Shown here: positions 56,586 through 64,000 of the stretch, piece after piece
Layout of the letters: every line of letters starts with the position of its first letter
Numbering within the stretch: the first letter of the stretch is position 1
Assembly (NCBI GenBank): GCA_963823035.1
Contig: CAWGKG010000012.1
Location: 448,001 to 512,000, forward strand
Length of the DNA stretch: 64,000 nucleotides
Direction: 5' to 3'
Source: an uncultured Gemmatimonadales bacterium
GTDB taxonomy: Bacteria > Gemmatimonadota > Gemmatimonadetes > Longimicrobiales > Gaopeijiaceae
Position numbers and translations under genes: made by a program
The notes under the pieces: generated by a model
What the model was told of the DNA's origin: nothing
Databases searched by the model: none
The model's input: only the letters and a program-made list of their open reading frames with translations

Positions 56586-59164
56586 CGGGGCTCGCCGCCG
56601 CCCCGAGCGCTGCCGAGCAACCCGGCGATCTCGGCCAACCGGGGATGGTCGGGTGCGAGAACGCCCCGGTAGGTGGCGAGCGCGGACTCGAGCAGGCGGG
56701 CGCCCTCGTCGTGGCGGCCCACCTTCACGAGCAGCTGCGCCCAGTCGACCTCCACGCTCGCCTCCAGGAGGGAGTCCGGACCGTAGGCCGCCCGCAGCGC
56801 GTCGGAGGCAAGCCGGTACGTGCGCAGCGCGTCGGCGGTGCGACCCTGCCCGGCGAGGAGTCCGGCGAGCGACTGGAGCGCGGCCCCGTGCAGATCGGGG
56901 CGGGGCTGCGAGGTCGCCTCGAACATGCGGATGGCCTGGCGCAGGGCGGCCTCCGCCTCGGTCGGGTCGCCGCTGCGGGCCAGGTGCCGCCCCAGGCTGA
57001 AGAGGCTCTGCGCGAGTGAGGAGATGTTGCCCCCGTCCGCGTCGCCGTAGAGCCGCTCGTCGACGGAGACCGCTTCGCGCAGGAGGACGGTGGCGCTGTC
57101 CTGGTTGCCCTGCTGCACCGCCACGGACGCCATCCCGATCAGGATGGGAGGAACGTTCGGATCGTCGTGGCCATGGAGGTCTTCCACGATCCGCAGCGCT
57201 TCCGCATACAGCGGCGCCGCCTCCGCGCTCGACCGCTGGACCTGCAGGTACTCGGCGAGGAGATAGAGCGCCTGTGCGTACGGCTCGTCGTGCGTCATCT
57301 CGAGCGTTCGGAAGGCACGGACCGACTCGCGGAACTCCCGCTCGGCCGCCGACGCGTCGCCCGCAAGGTGGAGCGTCCTGGCGAGGTCGAAGGTGGCGAG
57401 CGCGACCGTGGCATCGTCGGGCCCCCTCACGGAGCGGTGCAGGTCGCGCGCGTCGCGGAGCACCGTCGCGGCCTCCTCCAGCTCACCTTGGTCGAGCAGG
57501 GCGGTGCCGAGCTCCGACAGGGTCGTGGCACGGTCCTCCGGGCGGATCTCGCGCAGGTGTTGCTGCAGCGAGACCGCCTGGCGAAGGAGCTCGACGGCGG
57601 ACTCGTTGAGACCGAGGTGATGATAGACCGAGCCGAGCACGGTCATCATCTCGGCCTGGAGCTCGGCCTCTCCGGCGTGGTCGTGTTGGATCTTCTCGGC
57701 GCCTCGATCCAGAAGCTCCCGCGCCGTGAGCGTCTCGCCGTCGGCGAGGGCCGGATTGGCCACCTCGAACAGCTCGCGCATGAAGTGGGAGATCTCCTCG
57801 GCGCGGTCGCGCTCGCGGGCGATCTCCTCCGATTGGTCGCGGGTCGTCAGCGCGAAGCGCACCAGGAGGACGACGAGCGTGCTCAGCAGCACCACCACCG
57901 TGGCGGCCGCGGACACCGCGAGGGCGTTCCGGGTGAGGAAGCGGGACGCCACGTAGCGGAAGCCCTCCGGCCGGGCCTTCACCGGGAAGCCTTCGATGTG
58001 CCGCCGGATGTCCTCGGCCAGCGCCTCCACGGAGGCGTAGCGCCGGTCGGTCTCCTTGCGGAGCGCCTTCAGCACGATGTTGTCGAGGTCGCCACGAAGC
58101 CTGCGGCCGAGCGCGCGTACGCTGAGCCCCATCGCGTTGGCGGCCGTGACCACGTCCCGCGTCTCCGGCGTCACCTCGGCGGTGGCCTTCGCCCAGCGGG
58201 CGATCCGGTGCGAGGGCACCGGCACCGGATGCTTGCAGATGGCGTCCATCCACGACGCCTCCGTGGCCACCTCGTACGGGGGCACGCCGGTCAGCAGTTC
58301 GTGCAGGATCACGCCGAGCGTGTAGACGTCGGACGCGGTCGTCACGGGCTCGCCCTTGAGCTGCTCCGGGCTGGCGTAACGCGGGGTCATGAGGCGGCCG
58401 CCGAGGCTCGTGGCGGTCAGCGTGCCCTCGCCCGGCTCGATCAGGCGGGCGATGCCGAAGTCGAGCAGCTTCACCTGACCCTCGGCCGTCACCAGGACGT
58501 TGTTCGGCTTGAGATCCCGGTGGACGACGAGCTTGCGGTGCGCGAAGGAAACGGCGTCGCACACGTTCAAGAAGAGCCGCAGGCGCTCCTCGAACCCGAC
58601 CTGGCGGAGGCGGCAGAACTCCGTGAGCGGGAGTCCCCGCACGTACTCCATCACGAAGTACGGCGTGCCGTCGTCGGTCATCCCTCCGTCGTAGAGACGC
58701 GCGATGTTCGGATGCTCGAGGCGCGCGAGGATCCGCCGCTCCTCGAGGAATCGGCGGTGGGACTCCGGCGTGGCAGCCCCGACCGGGAGCAGCTTGAGCG
58801 CGGCCGTCAGCTCGAACTGGCCGTCCGCGCGCTCCGCGGTGTACACCACGCCCATGCCGCCGCGGCCCAACAGGGCGCCCAGGCGATACGCCCCCACGCG
58901 GCGGCCCTCCATGTCCGTGTCGGGGCCGGGGCGCCCCTTGGGGCCGGAGGCCTCCTGCGTGATGCCCGCACGTCCGGCCAGATCCGTGAAGTACGCGTCC
59001 GCCTCGGTCGCTGCCTGGATCAGCGACTCCACCTCGGCGCGCAGCCCGTGGTCGTCCGCGCACACGCGATCCAGGTAGGCACCCCGCTCCGTCGACGCCA
59101 GCTCGAGGGCATCCGCGAGAATCTCCTGCACCCGCTCCCAGCGTTCGGCTTCCGTTACGCTCAT
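56582..59164 (-). CDS. Membrane Ser/Thr protein kinase with C-terminal TPR repeats
   Basis: LGRGGMG, HRDLKPNN, DFG, YASPEQ, one TM, TPR array. Confidence 0.93.
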   Translation of the reverse strand: MSVTEAERWERVQEILADALELASTERGAYLDRVCADDHGLRAEVESLIQAATEADAYFTDLAGRAGITQEASGPKGRPGPDTDMEGRRVGAYRLGALLGRGGMGVVYTAERADGQFELTAALKLLPVGAATPESHRRFLEERRILARLEHPNIARLYDGGMTDDGTPYFVMEYVRGLPLTEFCRLRQVGFEERLRLFLNVCDAVSFAHRKLVVHRDLKPNNVLVTAEGQVKLLDFGIARLIEPGEGTLTATSLGGRLMTPRYASPEQLKGEPVTTASDVYTLGVILHELLTGVPPYEVATEASWMDAICKHPVPVPSHRIARWAKATAEVTPETRDVVTAANAMGLSVRALGRRLRGDLDNIVLKALRKETDRRYASVEALAEDIRRHIEGFPVKARPEGFRYVASRFLTRNALAVSAAATVVVLLSTLVVLLVRFALTTRDQSEEIARERDRAEEISHFMRELFEVANPALADGETLTARELLDRGAEKIQHDHAGEAELQAEMMTVLGSVYHHLGLNESAVELLRQAVSLQQHLREIRPEDRATTLSELGTALLDQGELEEAATVLRDARDLHRSVRGPDDATVALATFDLARTLHLAGDASAAEREFRESVRAFRTLEMTHDEPYAQALYLLAEYLQVQRSSAEAAPLYAEALRIVEDLHGHDDPNVPPILIGMASVAVQQGNQDSATVLLREAVSVDERLYGDADGGNISSLAQSLFSLGRHLARSGDPTEAEAALRQAIRMFEATSQPRPDLHGAALQSLAGLLAGQGRTADALRTYRLASDALRAAYGPDSLLEASVEVDWAQLLVKVGRHDEGARLLESALATYRGVLAPDHPRLAEIAGLLGSARGGGEPR

Positions 59165-59175
59165 CGCCGTTCGGG

Positions 59176-59772
59176 TCAGTCGGGCCGCGCGGTCGTGCTC
59201 GGGTCGGCCTGCATCTCTCGGTAGAGCCAGGCCCGGGCGGCGCTCCAGTCGCGTTTGACCGTCGCGGGAGACGTCTCGAGAGCGTCCGCCGTCTCCTCCA
59301 CGGTGAAGCCGGCGTAGAAGAGGCACTCCACCACGCGGGCCTGGCGGGGGCTCATCGCCTCCAGGCGCTTCAGCGCCGCGTCCAGCGTGAGGATCTCGTC
59401 GAGCGCTTCGTCCGTCGCTGCGTCCGCTTCATGCAACGTGACGTGCGAGGCGCCGCCGCCCCGTTTCTGCGCCCCTTTCTTCTCGGCGTAGTTGATCAGC
59501 ACCTGGCGCATCGCCTGCGCTGCCACCGCGAAGAAGTGGCTGCGGTTCTCGTACCGGGGATTGTTGGAGGAGGCCACCTTGAGGTAGGCCTCGTGGATGA
59601 GCGCCGTCGTGTCCAGGGTGTTGTTGCCCTGCCAACCGCGACGGCGCGAGCGCGCGAGCTGGCGCAGCCGCGGATAGACGGACGCGAAGACTTCGTCCAG
59701 GGCACCGTCGTGCCCCCTGCCGGCGGCCATCAGGAGCTGGGTGATCTCCTGGAGGTCGGACCCATCCGCCAT
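59176..59772 (-). CDS. ECF sigma factor, kinase-associated type
   Basis: ITQLL, TLDTTALIHEAYLK, HFFAVAAQAMR, TVKRDW..ARAWL. Confidence 0.92.
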   Translation of the reverse strand: MADGSDLQEITQLLMAAGRGHDGALDEVFASVYPRLRQLARSRRRGWQGNNTLDTTALIHEAYLKVASSNNPRYENRSHFFAVAAQAMRQVLINYAEKKGAQKRGGGASHVTLHEADAATDEALDEILTLDAALKRLEAMSPRQARVVECLFYAGFTVEETADALETSPATVKRDWSAARAWLYREMQADPSTTARPD

Positions 59773-59942
59773 CTGAGCCCCCCATGCTCGGGTTCCGGTA
59801 TGCCCAACGGGAGCGAGCCTCCGGTGGACGGCGAGGCTTCAGGATACGCCGGGGCGGTGTCTCTCCACAACGAACTTCCCAGGATCACGCCTGGGGTACG
59901 CGTGGGCGACGGGCGGGCGAAACGGGACGGGAGGGGGCGATC

Positions 59943-60662
59943 ATGGGTGGATCGGGGGCGGTGAGGCTGTTGGACGTCGGCGTTCCGCGCTTCTTCACGC
60001 GCCGAAGGCCGGTGGCGGTGCCCGAGGTCGTGGGCCCGGCGCCGACGCCGCGCGAGGAGCAGGAGCCGAGGGCGGAGGCCCTCCTCCTCGTCGAGTTGGA
60101 CGGATGGGCGCAGCGCCTCCAAGCCGACCCGACCAGCGCGCGGCGCATGCGCGCGCGGGTCCGGCGCATGGTCCGCGGCGCGGCCCTGCGCTACGCCGGA
60201 GAGGTGGAGCGCGAGGAGCACGGCTCGGTCGTCTGTCGCTTCTCCTGGATGCGGGGTGCCGCCCTCGCGGCGGCACACGTCCGCTCGGCGCTCGGCGGCG
60301 ACGGCGGAATCCCCGTGCGCATGGTGGTGCATCGGGCGGGCCGGGCCGACGCCGTGGCGGGCGCGGCCGTGCTGCGCGACCTCGCTCGCGCAGGAGACAT
60401 CCTCCTCGCCGGTGAAGTGGCAAGCAGGCGCGGCGGGCACGGCGTCGGGGACGCGGCGGCGTCCCTCGGGACCTTCCTGCTCGCCGGGGTGCCGGGGCCG
60501 ATCCGGGTGTCCGTGCTCGAGACGGCCGTGCGCGATACGCCGCGGGAGGCGGCCGTCTGGGGCGCACCGTGGATGGCACGACTGGGCCGGAAAGGGCTGG
60601 CTGAGGGCGCCGGAGGCGGGGCAGGCGGCCTCCCGGAAGCGACGCTCGGCCGGCGAGGGTGA
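59943..60662 (+). CDS. Hypothetical protein with degenerate class III nucleotide cyclase-like domain
   Basis: ALLLVELDG, YAGEV...GSVVCRF, VRMVVH, LARAGDILL, LGTFLLAGVPGPIRV follow cyclase motif order. Confidence 0.55.
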   Translation: MGGSGAVRLLDVGVPRFFTRRRPVAVPEVVGPAPTPREEQEPRAEALLLVELDGWAQRLQADPTSARRMRARVRRMVRGAALRYAGEVEREEHGSVVCRFSWMRGAALAAAHVRSALGGDGGIPVRMVVHRAGRADAVAGAAVLRDLARAGDILLAGEVASRRGGHGVGDAAASLGTFLLAGVPGPIRVSVLETAVRDTPREAAVWGAPWMARLGRKGLAEGAGGGAGGLPEATLGRRG

Positions 60663-60665
60663 CCG

Positions 60666-61211
60666 CTACAGGTCGAGGCGCAGCTCGTCGGGGTGGATCC
60701 GGCTCGCCTCCGTGGCGCCGTCCGCGTGCACGTTCTCGACCGCGAGGAGCGCGACCTTCACGCCCAGCCCGCCGGTGAAGCCACCCAGGCGACCGTCCGC
60801 GGCCACCACCCGGTGGCAGGGAATCACGATGGGGATCGGGTTGGCGCCCACGGCCTGCCCGACGGCCCGCGCGAGCTCCGCACGCCCGACGGCCTCGGCG
60901 AGCTCTCCGTAGGTGGTCACGCGCCCATGCGGGATCTTCACCAACCGGGTGTACACGTCGCGCTGGAAATCCGTGGCTGCATCGAGGTCGAGCGGGAGGT
61001 CGAAATCGCGGCGCTCCCGGCGGAAGTACTCCTCGATCTGCCGCACGACGTCGCGGAGGAGGGGCGGCCAACTGTCCGGCGGGTCGGGATGCCCGTCTTC
61101 CGGAAGGGGGCCGAACTCGATGCGGCGCAGCCCGCGGGCCGAGACCCATACGGTGAGGGGCCCGGCGGGGGTGTCGCTCAGGTGGGCGGAGTGGATGTCC
61201 GTGGCGCTCAG
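60666..61211 (-). CDS. ogt: Methylated-DNA--protein-cysteine methyltransferase
   Basis: TDFQRDV, TYGELA, ARAVG, IPCHRV. Confidence 0.92.
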   Translation of the reverse strand: MSATDIHSAHLSDTPAGPLTVWVSARGLRRIEFGPLPEDGHPDPPDSWPPLLRDVVRQIEEYFRRERRDFDLPLDLDAATDFQRDVYTRLVKIPHGRVTTYGELAEAVGRAELARAVGQAVGANPIPIVIPCHRVVAADGRLGGFTGGLGVKVALLAVENVHADGATEASRIHPDELRLDL

Positions 61212-61660
61212 TGCTCCTCGCTCTCCCCGGTCTTCTTGAGCGCCTCCTGGAGCGCGTCGAACCCCAGGAGGGCGCACTTGACGCGCACCGGGAACTTGCT
61301 GACTCCTGCCAGCGCCCGGAGGTCGCCCATGCCACGATCCTTCGCGGCGTCGGCGTCCCCGTGCATCATCGCCTTGAAGCGCTCGGCGAGGGCGTCCGCG
61401 TCCGACAGCGACCTGCCCGTGACGAGCGAGGTCATCATGCTCACGGCGGCCTGGGAGATGGAGCAACCCTGGCCGACGAACTTCGCCTCCTCGATGCGGT
61501 CGCCGTCGATGCGGAGCTGGAGACGGATCTCGTCTCCACACGACGGATTGCGCATATGGATCTCCACGGTCTTCTCGGGGAGCTCCCCCTTGTTCCGCGG
61601 CTTCCGGTAGTGCTCGAGGATGAGCTGTTGGTAAAGCGAGTTGAGAGGTGGCGTCTCCAT
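61208..61660 (-). CDS. sufU: SUF system SufU (NifU-like)
   Basis: LYQQLILEHY, NPSCGDEI, GCSISQA, RVKCA. Confidence 0.93.
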   Translation of the reverse strand: METPPLNSLYQQLILEHYRKPRNKGELPEKTVEIHMRNPSCGDEIRLQLRIDGDRIEEAKFVGQGCSISQAAVSMMTSLVTGRSLSDADALAERFKAMMHGDADAAKDRGMGDLRALAGVSKFPVRVKCALLGFDALQEALKKTGESEEH

Positions 61661-61742
61661 GACGGCCCCTTTTGGCGTTCGGATTCAGCAATGTACGTGG
61701 TCGCGCGCGGCGCGACAGGATCCGGCGTGTCCCGCGGGTGCG

Positions 61743-62970
61743 TCAGCCGAAGATGCCGCGCACCACTTCCAGGGCCTGCACGAGCCGGTCCACCTCCTCC
61801 TTCGTGTTGTAGAGGTAGAACGACGCCCGGGCGGTGGCGGACACCCCGTAGCGCTTCATGACGAGCTGCGCGCAGTGGTGGCCGGCGCGAACGGCAATGC
61901 CCTCCGAGTCGAGGATCGTGGAGATGTCGTGGGGGTGCGCGTCGCCCAGCGTGAACGACAACACCGCCACGCGCTCCTCCGGCGACTCCGGCCCGAAGAT
62001 GCGGATCCCCGGGATGGCGCCGAGCCGCTCCATGCGCGTACTCGAGCAGCGCGCGCTCGTGCGCCGCGACGGCGTCGGCGTCGAGCGACGCCAGGAAGTC
62101 CACCGCCGCGCCCATCCCGATCGCGCCGGCGATGTTCGGCGTGCCCGCCTCGAACTTGTGCGGCACCTCCGCCCACGTGCTCATGTCGCGCTCGACGAAC
62201 TCGATCATCTCGCCGCCGCCCTGATAGGGCTCCATCGACTCGAGCAGGTCGCGCCGCGCCCACAGCGCACCGATGCCCGTGGGCGCGCACATCTTGTGGC
62301 CGCTGAAGGCGTAGAAGTCGACGCCCAGCTCCTGCACGTCGACGTCGCGATGCACGGCGCCCTGCGCCCCGTCCACCAGCACGAGCGCTCCGGCGTCGTG
62401 CGCGGCCTGGGCGATCTCCTTCACCGGATTGATCGTGCCGAGCGCGTTCGACACGTGGTTGAAGGCGACCAGCCGGGTCCGGTCCGTCAGGAGGGAGGGG
62501 AGGTCTTCGAGAATCAGCCTGCCCTGCTCGTCGATCTCGATGTAGCGGAGCTTCGCACCCTTGCGGCGCGCGAGGAGCTGCCAGGGCACCAGGTTCGAGT
62601 GGTGCTCCATGACGGTGAGGAGGATCTCGTCCCCCTCGCGCACGTCATCGAGCCCCCAGGCGCTCGCCACCAGGTTGATCGCTTCGGTGGTGCCGCGCGT
62701 CCAGATCAGCTCGGCGGGGTCGGGTGCGTTGATGAAGCGGGCGACCTTGGCCCGCGCCTCCTCGTACGCGAGGGTCGCGCGCCGGGACAGCTCGTGGATG
62801 CCGCGGTGCACGTTCGCGTTGTCGTGCAGGTAGTAGGCGTCCACCGCATCGAGGACGGCGCGAGGCTTCTGCGAGGTGGCGGCGTTGTCGAGATAGACCA
62901 GGGGCTTGCCGTTCACTTCCTGGTCGAGCGTCGGGAACTCACGCCGCAGCGCGGCGACGTCGAGGCTCAC
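61743..62970 (-). CDS. sufS: Cysteine desulfurase SufS (frameshift about 62035)
   Basis: YLDNAATSQKP, NVHRG, SGHK, FEAGTP, RAGHHCA. Confidence 0.95.
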
Positions 62971-62973
62971 GGC

Positions 62974-63283
62974 CTAGATCTCCACGTAGATCCCGTCCTC
63001 CCGCGTCTCCACCCGGAACGACTTCACCGGGCGGACGGCGGGAAGGGCACGGTTCTTCCCCGTGCACGCGTCGAAGCGCGCGCCGTGATAGATGCACACG
63101 ATCTGGTTCCCCTCGAGCTCCCCGTCCGAGAGCGGATAGGACTCGTGGGAGCACTGGTCCTCCAGCGCGCAGATGTCGCCGTCCACGTTGGCGAGCACAA
63201 CCGCACGGTCGCCGGCCATGGCGCAGACGAGCTGCCCCGGCGGGCACGCGTCAGACATCCGCTACCCGCACCCAATCAGCCAC
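62974..63283 (-). CDS. Rieske-type ferredoxin (start affected by a frameshift)
   Basis: CSH...CIYHGARFD motifs; located between sufD and sufS. Confidence 0.88.
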
Positions 63284-63294
63284 GCCGCACGCCC

Positions 63295-64000
63295 TCACGC
63301 ATGGTGGGCGAGCTTCTCCTCGATCACCCGTGTGACCTTCATGCCCACGCCACCGAGGGGGAGACGGGCGAGGACCTCGCCGAGGAAGCCGAGCACCACC
63401 AGGCGCTCCGCGGCGGTGCGTTTGATGCCGCGGCTCATGAGGTAGAACTTCGCCTCGTCGTCCAGCTGACCGACCGTCGCCCCGTGCGAGCACTTCACGT
63501 CGTCGGCCTCGATCTCGAGGTTCGGCAACGAGTCCGCGCGAGCGTTCGGGGAGAGCAGGAGGTTGCGGTTCGTCTGGTAGGCGTCGGTGCGCTGCGCGCC
63601 CTTGTGCACGCGGATGATCCCGCGGAACACAGCGCGGCTGTGGCCGTCGAGCGCACCCTTGTAGAGCAGGTCGCTGCCGGCGTTGTCGGCCACGTGGTCC
63701 TGGCTGGTGTTGAAGTCGAAATGCTGGTCATCGTCGCCGAAGTAGAGACCCAGCATGTCCGAGTTCGAGCCGGCGCCGAGGAGTCGAGCATTGAGGTCGA
63801 TGCGCGTCGTCGTGCCGCCGAGCGCGACGTTGAGCGTGTCCAGCGTCGAGTCCCGCTGGGCCAGCGTACGCTGCACGGCCTGGTAGAAGCCGCCCTTGCC
63901 CAGGCGCTGCACGGCGACGTACTGCACCTGCGCGCCGTCCTGCGCGATCACTTCGACCGCGGAGGACGTGAGCGTCTGGCGCTCGAAGTCGTCGCTGAGC
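63295..64000 (-). CDS. sufD: Fe-S assembly protein SufD, 5'-truncated by window edge
   Basis: YKGALD, AYQTNRNLLLS, PNLEIEADDVKCSHGATVG, FYLMSRGI. Confidence 0.93.
   Translation of the reverse strand, partial: LSDDFERQTLTSSAVEVIAQDGAQVQYVAVQRLGKGGFYQAVQRTLAQRDSTLDTLNVALGGTTTRIDLNARLLGAGSNSDMLGLYFGDDDQHFDFNTSQDHVADNAGSDLLYKGALDGHSRAVFRGIIRVHKGAQRTDAYQTNRNLLLSPNARADSLPNLEIEADDVKCSHGATVGQLDDEAKFYLMSRGIKRTAAERLVVLGFLGEVLARLPLGGVGMKVTRVIEEKLAHHA

Noticed and set aside
1..64000. Mobile elements, prophage, tRNA/rRNA, anti-phage defence genes
   Set aside because: No transposase, integrase, phage structural, nuclease-effector or RNA-gene signatures recognised; the STAND-like protein has a DNA-binding SARP N-terminus, not a defence effector

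Overview
High-GC (about 70% by eye) bacterial chromosomal window of roughly 55 genes. No rRNA, tRNA, CRISPR array, transposase or integrase was recognised. Gene content suggests Gemmatimonadota or a relative (inference from the ADOP-type permease, carboxypeptidase-regulatory/TonB-plug proteins, ECF sigma + TPR kinase pair and SARP/STAND regulator). Many genes carry single-base frameshifts, most likely long-read assembly errors. Recognisable content includes an alkaline phosphatase-like gene, arsM with a MarR regulator, several peptidases/hydrolases, TMEM175, a ccdA/DsbA cluster, PduO, ferredoxin, arginase, bacilliredoxin, a 4-hydroxybenzoyl-CoA-reductase-like molybdoenzyme, FadI, an ECF/Ser-Thr kinase pair, ogt and the 3' end of a suf operon. 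Two candidate undescribed systems stand out. (1) At 1.1-3.5 kb, a hypothetical gene, an unannotated 23-aa hydrophobic Trp-terminated peptide with a near-perfect Shine-Dalgarno, and a multi-TM HD-GYP phosphodiesterase lie in a row, facing a SARP/ATPase/TPR regulator. (2) At 16-19.2 kb, a Phd/YefM antitoxin is followed by a degenerate RelE/ParE-like domain fused in frame to an orphan ABC (ADOP/MacB-like) permease, i.e. a possibly domesticated toxin-antitoxin module. Two apparent pseudo-enzymes (RelA/SpoT-type HD hydrolase, class III cyclase), three barrel-less TonB-plug proteins, several candidate operators and a duplicated ECF-type promoter were also found. All family calls are from motif recognition by eye; no searches were run.
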